Source of the DNA: Candidatus Marinacidobacterales bacterium
GTDB lineage: Bacteria; Acidobacteriota; Vicinamibacteria; Marinacidobacterales; SMYC01
Length of the DNA: 64,000 nucleotides
NCBI GenBank assembly: GCA_965237955.1
Contig: OZ250169.1
Coordinates: 7,776,001-7,840,000, forward strand
Reading direction: 5' to 3'
The notes under the pieces were generated by a model. It saw only the letters and a program-made list of their open reading frames with translations. It searched no databases and was not told the DNA's origin. The translations under genes were made by a program, and so were the position numbers. The number at the start of each line of letters is the position of its first letter. Position 1 is the stretch's first letter. This document shows positions 42,531 to 53,378 of this stretch, in pieces.

Positions 42531-43148
42531 GCACGGGCTTGAGGATTCATGTTGGAAACGCTCGCAAACCGCCAAAGCAGCGCGCATGGCGCAAGTTGCA
42601 CATCGCCGTTGATCGCGAGACAGGGAACATTGTTGCGTCCGAACTGACGGCGTCACGAGCTCGCGACGCAACCCGAGTCCCCGCTTTGCTAACACAGATT
42701 CAAGCACCTCTAGTGTCGGTGGCGGCGGACAGTGCATACGACAAGGAAGCGGTCTACGAAGCCATCGAAGCGCACAGTCCTGGACGAAGGACGCGCGTGG
42801 TGATTCCGCCGCAACGAAACGCGACGCTCAGTCAGAATTCGAACACCGCCATGCAGGAGCGCGATCGCCATATTCGTGCAATCGAAAGACACGGCCGACG
42901 TGAATGGTACAAGCTCTCAGGCTACACCAAGCGAAGCATGGTGGAGAACGCGGTCTATCGTTACAAGGCGATCATCGGGCCGGAGATGCGGGCTCGAACG
43001 TTGGCGAGGCAACGAGTTGAACACCGAATTGGGTGCGAGATACTCAACAAGATGGCTGCGCTCGGGATGCCCGATACGTACTGCGCCGGGTGACTCTGCA
43101 ACCGGCACAGGGAGGTCAGCGATTTGCTCCGGGCCGTGCAACAACGCC
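42531..43148 (+). pseudogene. 3' half of IS5 copy D
   Basis: Starts at gcacgggct (TGLRIHVG) and runs to the right IR. Confidence 0.92.
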
Positions 43149-44037
43149 TCTGAGCGGCGGGACCGAAGATGAACAGCGACGGCTTGCCGTCGACATCGTA
43201 CCAGCGTGCCATGACTTCGTACGGCCGCGAGCGAGGTGCGCCGCTCCCAGTCCGATCGAAAGTGTGGATGGCAGTCCACTCGTTGTCTTGCGGCTCAAAC
43301 GCTATGCGCTCAAGGTGGCGCTTTGCGACGGACAGGACCACGATCTGGGGCTCCAGTATCTTCAGCAGCATGTGCCAAAGCGGACCGCCATCGGCTTCAA
43401 GTGTGGACCGGTCGACGTCGCCGAGTTTGCTCCAAGTCGGATCGGTGGCGACGGGTGAGCAGATGTCGGTATGGAGCGCTGTCGAGGTGAAGCCTTCGTA
43501 GTAGCTGGCTCCAGCGCCGTTAAGTAAGGGCTCGAATGCTCTGAACCAGGCGCGATAAGGGTCGGTGCGGAAGTAGGACGATAGGGCATAAAGGTAGTGA
43601 TCGCGGCCACGGCCCGCGGTACCCTCGTCTAACGGAAAGCGTGAGAACGGCCTATCCGCCGGGAATTCCTGTAGCGAGGGATTCAACCCCACAGTCAGTA
43701 CACGCAGTGTGGATACCCTGTACGCACCGAGGTCACCAAAGAACAGAATCGGCGCGGCGGGCTTAACGCGCACCGACAACTCCGCCGCGTTGTCGTAGGC
43801 GCACCAAGCCTTCGCTATCGGTTCGTCAAGGCTTGCCCGCTCTTTCAACAAGATTGATCCTCTCCAGACTCGCGATGCCAGTACCTCAGCCCACTCCCTC
43901 CATGCCGCATCGGACGTCGGCTTCTTGGCGTCCTCGATAAGGCGCTCAATCTGCACGGCCAGGCCCCCGAAGTTGCGAAGGTCGGCCGCCGTGCGGAGCG
44001 GCGTAGTGGCCACCGCCGCGAAGATCCTGTCGCGCAT
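43149..44037 (-). pseudogene. Uracil-DNA-glycosylase-superfamily-like protein, C-terminus cut by IS5
   Basis: ILFFGD...VLTVGLNPS (UDG motif A-like), HTDICSPVAT, LEPQIVVLS; start uncertain. Confidence 0.5.
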
Positions 44038-44410
44038 CCGCGCCGCGATAGGCGTCCAATCGCGCGCGCCGTATTCGGGGGTGACCTTACGCGGCCGACG
44101 GCGAGCTCATACACTTCGTTACCCCCGGCCACTGGCCCCCGGACACGAACCAGCGCCACGCCTCGACCGCCGCCGGCGAGAGCGGGTGACAGCGTGAGCG
44201 AAAAGAAGTATGAACTCCCCCTCGACTTCTTCGGTGAAGAAGAGCGGGGAGCTTTTGCGCCGGCCCTTTCGGGATTCGGGGTGGTCCCGGTCCACCCGCC
44301 ACTCCCCCTACGCGGCGCGGATCCGGCGCCACTGGGAGTTCCTTCACGCCTGTCTCGCCTTGTAGCCCGCGGCTAAGTGCTTCATCGCGTCGATGATGAG
44401 GTGTCGGCAT

Positions 44411-45215
44411 GGTACTGTCAAGTTGGGCCTCTAACTGACAGAATGAGCCAATGAACAGCAAGTCGCCGAGCTACCGCGGATATCGATTTCCACCGGAGAT
44501 CATCAGCCACGCCGTTTGGCTCTACCATCGCTTTTGTTTGAGCTTTCGAGATGTAGAGGACCTCCTTGCCCAGCGCGGGATCACCGTCTCGTATGAAGCG
44601 ATCCGACTTTGGTGCATCAAGTTCGGTCCAGAATACGCTCGCGGGCTGAAGCGACGGCAAGGTCGCCTCGGCGATACGTGGCACCTGGACGAGGTGTTTG
44701 TAACCATCCAGGGTCAACGGCAGTATCTCTGGCGTGCGGTGGACCAAGATGGCGACGTCATCGATATCCTCGTCCAGCCTCGACGCGATCGGCGAGCCGC
44801 TAAACGCTTCTTTTGTAAGCTGCTGAAGGGGCAGGGCCGGCCACCCTGGCGGCTCGTCACCGACAAGCTGAGAAGCTACAGCGCCGCTCACCGCGAGGTC
44901 ATGCCATCCGTCGTCCACTGCACCGACCAGTACCAAAACAATAGAGCCGAGGTCTCGCACGAGCCGACGCGGCAACGTGAACGGCAAATGCGACGGTTCA
45001 AATCTCCGGGTCAAGCCCAGCGATTCTTGTCCGTTCATGGACTTGTCCAAAACCTCTTCCGCGTCGGACGACACCTGTTGCAAGCGCGTCATCACCGACA
45101 GCTTCGAGGTCGCGCGTTCCTCGCTTGGGACGCAGTAACGTGGGCGGCATGACCCGAACGGAGACGTCATGCCGACGGCACCGGCTTGCTCTCGCAACGT
45201 CAACTTGACAGTACC
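44411..45215 (+). mobile_element. IS6 family element
   Basis: 15-bp perfect IR ggtactgtcaagttg / caacttgacagtacc; no target duplication. Confidence 0.92.
44451..45152 (+). CDS. IS6 family transposase
   Basis: YRFPPEIISHAVWLY, WHLDE, YLWRAVD, VTDKLRSY, NNRAEVSHEPTR. Confidence 0.95.
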   Translation: MNSKSPSYRGYRFPPEIISHAVWLYHRFCLSFRDVEDLLAQRGITVSYEAIRLWCIKFGPEYARGLKRRQGRLGDTWHLDEVFVTIQGQRQYLWRAVDQDGDVIDILVQPRRDRRAAKRFFCKLLKGQGRPPWRLVTDKLRSYSAAHREVMPSVVHCTDQYQNNRAEVSHEPTRQRERQMRRFKSPGQAQRFLSVHGLVQNLFRVGRHLLQARHHRQLRGRAFLAWDAVTWAA

Positions 45216-45297
45216 CTTGGGATACTTCATGCTCGAACATACCTCGGCCACCACCATAGGCGGATTTCGCTCTCAGCCAGAGCGGTGCAACAACGCC
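45216..45297 (-). mobile_element. Left-end remnant of IS5 copy E (rest removed next to IS6)
   Basis: 82 bp matching the IS5 left end including MKYPK. Confidence 0.9.
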
Positions 45298-45773
45298 AGC
45301 CCGTGCTATCGATCATCAGGTGGATGGGTTGAGTGCTCGCGGCTTTCGGAATCCGCAGCTTCTTGCGGAGCAACCTCGAGCGCCGACACAACGTCGAGTA
45401 GTCCGGGATCTCGATACCGAGCCCGAGAAGCGAGGCGATCGAGTGCAAGAAGCCTTCGGTTTGTCGGTAGGCGAGCTTGTACACCATCCGGACAACCAGG
45501 CCCGTTTCAATCGCCATGTCTGAATAGACCCGTTGACCGCCAGGCTTACCGGTCTTGTCGGCCTTCCAGTTCGCGATTGCCTCCTCGTCAAACCAGATTG
45601 TCAAATCGCCCCGGCGGCGCAGCCCTTCGTTGTATTCCGCCCAGTTGCGAACGTGGTACTTCTTCTGCTTCGCGTGCTTGTACTGGCAGCGCTTGGGATA
45701 CTTCATGCTCGAACATACCTCGGCCACCACCATAGGCGGATTTCGCTCTCAGCCAGAGCGGTGCAACAACGCC
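45298..45773 (-). pseudogene. 5' half of IS5 copy D
   Basis: Left IR to HLMIDSTG, ending in gcacgggct. Confidence 0.92.
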
Positions 45774-45851
45774 AGCAATATTTGAGAAACTCGGAGAACG
45801 TGGAAGAACCCTCGAGTCGTTCATCGCAAGAGCAAATCAGGGGACGCTCTG

Positions 45852-46109
45852 ATGGCAGATGACACGACACAACGCGCTGCGCATAAATTCTTCGCGGAGC
45901 GAGTGCACACGCTGGAGCCGTTCACAAAGGAGGACTTGCTCAACGCGCCCGGTTGGTCGGTTAGCGCGCTCAATACTTATTGGTCAAAGCAGTTTCGGGG
46001 CTTCATCGAAGATCTCGGCAGCGGCACTTATCGAGTCCGGGAGCGGTTCAGACAGTTTCTGGACTGGCGGAAGTTTCGAGCGCTCGTGACCCAGGTCAAG
46101 ACTCTTCCC
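45852..46109 (+). pseudogene. N-terminal part of an unknown gene cut by a 54-bp end
   Basis: AGGGG RBS, MADDTTQRAAHKFF...YWSKQF...VTQVK then the repeat. Confidence 0.5.
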
Positions 46110-46414
46110 CGTCCTGTGCCAAAACTCGGCCCTTTCGAAATAGACCATAAATCAGCAGCTTAGCGACTGGGCCAAGGGCCCCTTGGCTTTACAGTTACCC
46201 CACCCGCGGTCGACCTTCGAGAGCCGCGCCGTTTCACCGTACGGCAGAGGACGGCGAGCTGCTGCCGAAGAGCGACATTGTCAAGAGCCAGTTCGCGACG
46301 AGCCTTGAAGGCGGAGATGAGAGCGCGAACAAACGGCGAAATCAAGCAGGTATGGTGCCGACAGACCGGAGACTAATCAAGTTCGGGCGCCCGGATGAAT
46401 AAATAGAAGGCACA
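46110..46414 (+). mobile_element. 305-bp chimeric mini-element
   Basis: 54-bp left end, leader piece, antisense rve N-terminal fragment, right end cggatgaataaatagaaggcACA. Confidence 0.8.
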
Positions 46415-46528
46415 GGGTTGCGACAGGCAGAACGTGAGTTTCCCCCCGCATAGCAGGTCTAATACCGACCTGCTATGGTAGGCTGCTTCTGGTCGATCTT
46501 CTTTTTTGCGGAGCACAGGCAGTTACCA

Positions 46529-47584
46529 ATGAAACCACATTCCGGCTGGACGAAACTGTACTTCACAGATCGTTCACCAAAGGACGCCCTATCACCTAAC
46601 GGTGTCCTAACAACAAAAGGTCTTTGTCTTATCTTAATGGATCTATCTGTTGAAGGTAACTACGGCCCCATATGCAAGAAGGATCTCACTCTTTATAGCA
46701 ACTCTGCCAAAGGATTCACGGGGCGCTATTACATCTTGTCAAAAGAGGATGAGAACATTCTTCTTATAGCTGTATCTGATGGCTTGCTGGAGATCTGTCC
46801 CAAGGGCGATCATGGAGCATATGTTGATTTTACTGAGACCGGGCTTCAGGAAGCCCTGAAGTGGCCTCCTCCTCAGCTAGCCTTTATTTTGAGCGAGACA
46901 CAAGATGCTTTTCTCAAGGCCGCATCAAGGAGCGTTGGCGCCGTGTGCGAACTAGTGAAGGGATTTGAGACAAACCTAATCAGGGCACGCTCTTTTAATG
47001 CTTCGTATTTCACGTTTCAGACTGTCGTGAGCATTCTACACAAAATGATGCTCGACTCGAAAACTGCGATGGAGCACCTCACTCGACAGCACAAACAAAT
47101 CATTCGCCAGAAGCCTATCGAAAACAACTGCTCTCTATTTGACCTATATGTCGGACAGAACGCTCGCGTTCTGAACTCGTTCGAGCAAGGTATGTTCATG
47201 TCCTCTCAGCGAGCGGACTCCGAATACCGACTCGGCAAATGGCACGGCGGATACAATCATTTGGACGACTACAATCCCCTCAACTACGGTCGCCGTTCAC
47301 TAGCTAGGGGCGACTGGTTGGACTTCAAAATCTTTGAAGTATATGGGGACGACTACACCCTCGGTACACTGTTGGATGTCCTTCGCAATAATGAAGTGAG
47401 CCATAGTTCCTTGTCCAAGAGGAAATCGTTGAAACGAATGCTGGAGATTGCCAACAGAAACCTGCGAGGTGACGGGGATGTTGGACAAGACGATTCACGA
47501 GGCATCCACGAGACTCTGGTTTATATTGGCTACAATGTAGGGAAATTTCTGCGCATCATTAGATGCTGGCGTGCCACATTGTGA
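46529..47584 (+). CDS. Low-GC hypothetical protein
   Basis: About 350-codon ORF with AT-richer composition; no recognised motif; start uncertain. Confidence 0.6.
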   Translation: MKPHSGWTKLYFTDRSPKDALSPNGVLTTKGLCLILMDLSVEGNYGPICKKDLTLYSNSAKGFTGRYYILSKEDENILLIAVSDGLLEICPKGDHGAYVDFTETGLQEALKWPPPQLAFILSETQDAFLKAASRSVGAVCELVKGFETNLIRARSFNASYFTFQTVVSILHKMMLDSKTAMEHLTRQHKQIIRQKPIENNCSLFDLYVGQNARVLNSFEQGMFMSSQRADSEYRLGKWHGGYNHLDDYNPLNYGRRSLARGDWLDFKIFEVYGDDYTLGTLLDVLRNNEVSHSSLSKRKSLKRMLEIANRNLRGDGDVGQDDSRGIHETLVYIGYNVGKFLRIIRCWRATL

Positions 47585-47789
47585 TGCCGCTTCAGTACGC
47601 AAGAGTTCAATCGTCTTAGACCCCATAGCTCGTTGGTTTACCGACCGCCGGCTTCAACCGGTCCTTGTCAGGACCGAATGACTGAGATACAACGTCATGC
47701 GTGTAGGTGGCCGACGGATCGATGATGCAGTGGCCAAGATTTTCCTCATGCCATCGCTCCCGCGGGTATCGAGGCTGCCCTTTTGCCAG

Positions 47790-48090
47790 AGGCGAACCTC
47801 GAAGCCGACCACGACGCTGCCCTGAAGCAGTGGCGAGTACAGGTTGAGCGCGCGCTATGAAGCTGAACGTGCCGAGAGACAGTTCAAAGCGGTCGAGCCC
47901 GAGAACCGTCTCGTAGCTCGCGGTCTCGAGACCGAGTGGGAGAAGCGGCTCCGGGATCTCGCCAACGCCGAAGCCGAGCTTGCCCGGCGTGAGCAGCAAC
48001 GTCCTCGCACGTTGACCCTTAAGCAGCGCGAGACCATGGCTACGCTTGGCGACGACCTCGAACGCGTATGGTCTGCTGCAACGACGACCA
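47790..48090 (+). pseudogene. Large serine recombinase internal (coiled-coil) fragment
   Basis: ARYEAERAERQFKAVEPENRLVARGLETEWEKRLRDL...LGDDLERVW. Confidence 0.75.
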
Positions 48091-48282
48091 CGTCCTGTGC
48101 CAAAACTCGGCCCTTTTGAAATAGGCCATAAATCAGCAGCTTAGTGTCTGTGTTTGCGACCGGGCCAAGGGCCGTGGGCTTTACAATCGTCTGGCCCGAG
48201 GGTGCTATCTTCAGATCCAGTACCATCCATTGACCACCAGCAGAGCCACCGGCGCACGCCGCTAGCCATCGCACTTCCTGGA

Positions 48283-49031
48283 TCAGCTGCCGGAAGAGAG
48301 AGCAAGCCGGTTTCCCGCATCGCCGAGCCATTCATCCAGTTTCGACCACCGCCGCCGTCCCGAGACATTGCGCACGGCGATGGCCACAGCCTTCTTCTGG
48401 CCGACCAGCACAACCAGCCGTTTGCCGCGTGTCACGCCGGTGTAGAGCAGATTCCGCTGCAACATAACGTAGTGCTGGGTCAGAACGGGGATGACGACGG
48501 CAGGATACTCCGAACCCTGGCTCTTGTGAATGGTTGCGGCGTATGCCGGAACCAGCGTGTCAAGCTCGCCGAAGCCATAGGCGACGGCGCGCCCGTCGAA
48601 ATGCGCGGTCAGCTCGCCGTCATCGGGATCGACATCATCGATATAGCCGATATCGCCGTTATAAACCTCCTTGTCATAATCGTTTTCGATCTGCATCACC
48701 TTGTCGCCGGGCGCGAAGGTCCAGCCGAAGCGCTCGACCTTGCGCTCTCCGGCTGGATTGAGGGCAGTCTGCAGATCGATGTTGAGCGAGCGGGCGCCGA
48801 CGCCGCCGCGGTTCATCGGGCACAGCACCTGGATGTCGCGGACCGGATCGAGCCCGAAGCGCTTCGGGATGCGCGTCTTCACCAATTCGATGATCATCGG
48901 CACCGCGGTTTCCGGATTGTCCGCCTGCACGAAGTAGAAGTCGCTGTCGCCCTCGGGCTTCGAAAGATTGGGAATGGAACCCCGGTTGATCCCGTGCGCG
49001 CTGGTGACGATCCGGCTTCGCGCCGCCTGAC
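48283..49031 (-). pseudogene. recD2: RecD2/TraA-family helicase C-terminal fragment cut by IS5
   Basis: RQAARSRIV, IQVLCPM, GDKVMQIENDY, NGDIG, AYAATIHKSQGSEY, LLYTGVTRGK. Confidence 0.88.
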
Positions 49032-50116
49032 GGCGTTGTTGCACCGCTCTGGCTGAGAGCGAAATCCGCCTATGGTGGTGGCCGAGGTATGTTCGAGCAT
49101 GAAGTATCCCAAGCGCTGCCAGTACAAGCACGCGAAGCAGAAGAAGTACCACGTTCGCAACTGGCCGGAATACAACGAAGGGCTGCGCCGCCGGGGCGAT
49201 TTGACAGTCTGGTTTGACGAGGAGGCAATCGCGAACTGGAAGGCCGACAAGACCGGTAAGCCTGGCGGTCAACGGGTCTATTCAGACATGGCGATTGAAA
49301 CGGGCCTGGTTGTCCGGATGGTGTACAAGCTCGCCTACCGACAAACCGAAGGCTTCTTGCACTCGATCGCCTCGCTGCTCGGGCTCGGTATCGAGATCCC
49401 GGACTACTCGACGTTGTGTCGGCGCTCGAGGTTGCTCCGCAAGAAGCTGCGGATTCCGAAAGCCGCGAGCACTCAACCCATCCACCTGATGATCGATAGC
49501 ACGGGCTTGAGGATTCATGTTGGAAACGCTCGCAAACCGCCAAAGCAGCGCGCATGGCGCAAGTTGCACATCGCCGTTGATCGCGAGACAGGGAACATTG
49601 TTGCGTCCGAACTGACGGCGTCACGAGCTCGCGACGCAACCCGAGTCCCCGCTTTGCTAACACAGATTCAAGCACCTCTAGTGTCGGTGGCGGCGGACAG
49701 TGCATACGACAAGGAAGCGGTCTACGAAGCCATCGAAGCGCACAGTCCTGGACGAAGGACGCGCGTGGTGATTCCGCCGCAACGAAACGCGACGCTCAGT
49801 CAGAATTCGAACACCGCCATGCAGGAGCGCGATCGCCATATTCGTGCAATCGAAAGACACGGCCGACGTGAATGGTACAAGCTCTCAGGCTACACCAAGC
49901 GAAGCATGGTGGAGAACGCGGTCTATCGTTACAAGGCGATCATCGGGCCGGAGATGCGGGCTCGAACGTTGGCGAGGCAACGAGTTGAACACCGAATTGG
50001 GTGCGAGATACTCAACAAGATGGCTGCGCTCGGGATGCCCGATACGTACTGCGCCGGGTGACTCTGCAACCGGCACAGGGAGGTCAGCGATTTGCTCCGG
50101 GCCGTGCAACAACGCC
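49032..50116 (+). mobile_element. IS5 family (IS903 group) element, copy F
   Basis: Same IRs, 1085 bp; no target duplication. Confidence 0.95.
49099..50061 (+). CDS. IS5 family transposase (copy F)
   Basis: Intact ORF near-identical to copy A. Confidence 0.95.
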   Translation: MKYPKRCQYKHAKQKKYHVRNWPEYNEGLRRRGDLTVWFDEEAIANWKADKTGKPGGQRVYSDMAIETGLVVRMVYKLAYRQTEGFLHSIASLLGLGIEIPDYSTLCRRSRLLRKKLRIPKAASTQPIHLMIDSTGLRIHVGNARKPPKQRAWRKLHIAVDRETGNIVASELTASRARDATRVPALLTQIQAPLVSVAADSAYDKEAVYEAIEAHSPGRRTRVVIPPQRNATLSQNSNTAMQERDRHIRAIERHGRREWYKLSGYTKRSMVENAVYRYKAIIGPEMRARTLARQRVEHRIGCEILNKMAALGMPDTYCAG

Positions 50117-50325
50117 GTTCGAAGGCGGGAGCTTCGACGTCCACAATGCCTGAGCTACTGAACCAACAGGAACTCCGCCGTCGGTTGCCATGCCCGCTGG
50201 CCGGGTCTAGACTTCCGCTTTGGGTTGTGACGATTGGAATGGGAGTGTTGTCATTGAAGCGAATTGCTAAGTTCCAATTGGTGCTACGAGTTATAGGTGC
50301 TTATATTGGAGTGGGAGTGTTGTCA

Positions 50326-50853
50326 ATGAAGCGAATCGCTGGCTGGGCTCTTGGTGTGATGTTTATCGGAGGCTCCCTGGGTGCTGCCGAACTACAGGTT
50401 GGCGACGAGGCACCCGACTTCGAGCTCCAAGGCACCGACGGAAAGTCCTACCGGCTCTCCGAGCTAAGGGGCAAGGCTGTGGTCCTTGCGTGGTTTCCGA
50501 AAGCGTTTACCGGTGGTTGAACGGCCGAATGCAAGTCGCTCCGTGAGAGCGGCGACGAAATCCGTGCTTTTGCGGTCAACTACTTCGCCGCGAGCTGTGA
50601 CACGGTCAAGACTAACAAGGAATTCGCCGAATCTCTCTCGCTCGACTATCCGATCCTGAGCGATCCCGACAAAGGCGTCGCGAAGTCCTATGGGGTCGTA
50701 ACGGCGAAGCGTGAATTGCCGCACCGCTGGACTTACTATGTCGACGCCGAAGGCAAGATCCTCTACATCGACAGAAGCGTCAACACGCACAGCGCGGGAG
50801 CGGATGTCGCGGCGCGATTGAAGAGGCTCGGAGTGCCGGCCTTGAGCAAGTAA
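50326..50853 (+). CDS. Secreted peroxiredoxin (BCP/AhpC-TSA family) with selenocysteine at in-frame UGA
   Basis: Signal peptide, [27 protein letters not shown]; frame continues through ASCD, YPILSD, RWTYYVD to TAA at 50851-50853; UGA sits at the peroxidatic Cys position. Confidence 0.85.
50518..50553 (+). promoter_or_regulatory. Bacterial SECIS element
   Basis: Stem gtcgctc/gagcggc with loop cGUga beginning 21 nt after the UGA. Confidence 0.7.
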
Positions 50854-51283
50854 GACCGGCGAGAGCCTCCACTCGTTTCGTTCAAACCAATCTTTGCGCC
50901 CTCCACAGCGCTCTGCACCCCGGTGTCAGATGGCATGGAAATGTACCGGAAGACACGTTTATGTCACGAGGCATGTTCGATCAGCCCGTCGATTGCCGCC
51001 ACCGCTGCGGGTGCTTCCGCGTCCTGTGCCAAAACTCGGCTCTTTTGAAATAGACCACAAATCAGCAGCTTAGACGCCCTTGGAATCCGCGCAAAATCGA
51101 GGGTATTTCGCGCCGCAGGGCTGGCTTCCGACCCCAGAGCTGCGGGTGGCGAGCGACAGGCCCACCGGGGGTGCGCACGGCTGGCTCAAATCGGCTGCGG
51201 GGCGAGCTACGGCCAGTGAACTTCGCACCCGGAAGTCCCTCATTAGACTGGACTTTATCGAGCACAAGAGCGAACGTTCGGTG

Positions 51284-51715
51284 ATGCCGCAGGATACAGG
51301 GGTTGGCCGGAACGTCGTTTTGGACGGTTTGGACTTCGCCAGCTTACGGCGGGTCTGGGAGCAGACCTTTGGGGCTGCTCCTCCAAGCTCGCTCTCGCGT
51401 GTTTTCCTGCGCCGCGTTCTCTTGCACGAACGCCAGTGCCGGACCCATGGCGGGCTTTCGGCCGCAACCCGGCGCGCTCTGGCTGCCATGGCGAACGAGA
51501 CACCAAGCTCCGGCGCTCCCGCAGGGTCCGTTTCTGCCGGCACCCATCTCGTCCGCGAGTGGAATGGCCGGACCTACCAGGTCGAGGTAATCGACAACGG
51601 CTATCGGTTCGATGGCAAAACCTATCCGTCCCTCACTACCATCGCAAAGCGAATCACCGGCACCCACTGGTCAGGACCACGCTTTTTCGGTCTGACGCCC
51701 AAGCGCAAGGCCTAA
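51284..51715 (+). CDS. DUF2924-domain protein
   Basis: GTHLVREWNG, YRFDGKTYPSLTTIAKRITGTHWSGPRFFGL. Confidence 0.9.
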   Translation: MPQDTGVGRNVVLDGLDFASLRRVWEQTFGAAPPSSLSRVFLRRVLLHERQCRTHGGLSAATRRALAAMANETPSSGAPAGSVSAGTHLVREWNGRTYQVEVIDNGYRFDGKTYPSLTTIAKRITGTHWSGPRFFGLTPKRKA

Positions 51716-51716
51716 C

Positions 51717-53378
51717 ATGAAGAAGATCCGCTGTGCCATCTATACGCGAAAGAGTGCGGAAGAGGGTCTCGAACAGGAGTTCAACTCCCTCGATGCGCAG
51801 CGAGAAGCCTGCGCCGCGTATGTCGCGAGCCAGAAAGCGGAGGGCTGGGTGCTGCTGCCAACTGTCTACGAGGACGCGGGGCTCTCGGGAGGAACCCTGG
51901 AGCGCCCGGGCCTGCAGCGCTTGCTCGCCGACATCGACGCAGGTCTCGTCGACCAGATTGTGGTCTACAAGGTCGACCGGCTGACCCGTTCCCTCTCCGA
52001 CTTTGCAAAGCTCGTCGAGCGGCTCGAGGCGGCCGGCGCGGTTTTCGTCTCGGTGACTCAGTCCTTCAACACCGCGACCAGCATGGGACGACTGACGCTG
52101 CATATGCTGCTGTCCTTCGCACAATTCGAACGCGAGGTCACGGCCGAGCGGATCCGCGATAAGGTCGCTGCCTCCAAGCGCAAGGGACTATGGATGGGCG
52201 GCCGCGTACCGCTAGGCTATGAGAAGGACGGGCGCACGCTGCGCATCAACGAGGCTGAGGCCGAAACGGTCCGGACGCTCTATGCGCTGTACCGAAAGCA
52301 CGGAACGCTCCGGCAGGTGAAGGCCGAGGCGGACCGTCTGAGACTGCGTACCAAGCAACGCTTCACCGCGGATGGAACCCGAACGGGCGGGCTGCCGTTC
52401 CGTCGCGGACACCTCCACTGCCTGCTGACCAATCCTCTCTACGCCGGCCGCATCCGGCACCAGAGGTGTGTCTACGAGGGCCAGCATCCATCGATCATTG
52501 CTCCGGAGCTCTGGGACGCGGTCCAAACGCAGCTGCAGGCAGGGGCTGCCAAACCAAGGAGACGCACGACGAAGGGCCGTGCAGCCCCTTCCCCACTGGC
52601 CGGCAAGCTCTTCGACGAGACCGGGGACCGGCTGACGCCGAGCCACACCAAAAAGAAAAACGGGCAACGGCTCCGCTACTACGTCTCCCGGCGCCTCATC
52701 CAGCACAGTGGCCAAAAGGACCTCTCCGGCTGGCGACTGCCCGCCCCGATGCTGGAACAGACCGTCGTGCATCTCATCCGACAGCATGTGGATGTCACGA
52801 CCTTCTCGGCCTCGTTGATCCACACTCCGACGATGCAAGAGCTCGCCTCGGTGCGTCGCTTTTTAGACGGGCTGTGTTCCGGCAGTAATAATGATAGTGC
52901 CTCGGCAGCCCCCCTGCTCCGTCTTATCCGGCGGGTCGACATCAGCCCAGGCTCTGTGTCTATCCTCCTCGACCGCAATGCGTTCGCTGCTTGCCTGTCT
53001 ATGGAGCCCGACCGCATTCGCGAGGATACGCTCCGCATCCACGCGCCGTTCCGCTTGCGTCGACGCGGCGTCGAGACCAAGCTCGTTCTGGGCAACCCCA
53101 CGAAATCCGTCGACCGCACACTCCTGCGCAATATCAGAAACGCCCTCTCCTGGCTCGACCGAATCAAAGCAGGCAAAACCTATGAGCAGATTGCCACCGA
53201 AAACGCCATCCAAACGGACCGCGTGCGCAAGGCAATCCGTTATGCCTTCCTGGCTCCCGACATCGTCCGCGCCATTGTCGAAGGCCGCCAGCCCGTTGGG
53301 CTGACCTCGAGCTACCTCTTGCATCATCCGCTTCCCGACGATTGGGAGAAACAGCGAGTGCTCGTCAAAACGCTGTGA
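51717..53378 (+). CDS. Large serine recombinase (resolvase + recombinase domains)
   Basis: CAIYTRKS, NSLDAQRE, SGGTLERPGL, YKVDRLTRS, FAQFERE, GLWMGG, LTNPLYAG; AFLAPDIV...GRQP tail. Confidence 0.93.
   Translation: MKKIRCAIYTRKSAEEGLEQEFNSLDAQREACAAYVASQKAEGWVLLPTVYEDAGLSGGTLERPGLQRLLADIDAGLVDQIVVYKVDRLTRSLSDFAKLVERLEAAGAVFVSVTQSFNTATSMGRLTLHMLLSFAQFEREVTAERIRDKVAASKRKGLWMGGRVPLGYEKDGRTLRINEAEAETVRTLYALYRKHGTLRQVKAEADRLRLRTKQRFTADGTRTGGLPFRRGHLHCLLTNPLYAGRIRHQRCVYEGQHPSIIAPELWDAVQTQLQAGAAKPRRRTTKGRAAPSPLAGKLFDETGDRLTPSHTKKKNGQRLRYYVSRRLIQHSGQKDLSGWRLPAPMLEQTVVHLIRQHVDVTTFSASLIHTPTMQELASVRRFLDGLCSGSNNDSASAAPLLRLIRRVDISPGSVSILLDRNAFAACLSMEPDRIREDTLRIHAPFRLRRRGVETKLVLGNPTKSVDRTLLRNIRNALSWLDRIKAGKTYEQIATENAIQTDRVRKAIRYAFLAPDIVRAIVEGRQPVGLTSSYLLHHPLPDDWEKQRVLVKTL

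Noticed and set aside
42290-43093. Fusion ORFs beginning MTARLTGL (also 48283-49272, 34359-34910, 45533-45862)
   Set aside because: Antisense frame running out of the IS5 left end with a TTG start and no RBS; fusion is incidental
50092-50520. ORF-track call ending at the UGA
   Set aside because: Starts inside the IS5 end and stops at the catalytic position; replaced by the read-through gene 50326-50853
50925-50950. TGTCAGATGGCATGGAAATGTACC as an IS21-like end
   Set aside because: No partner IR or adjacent istA; resemblance only
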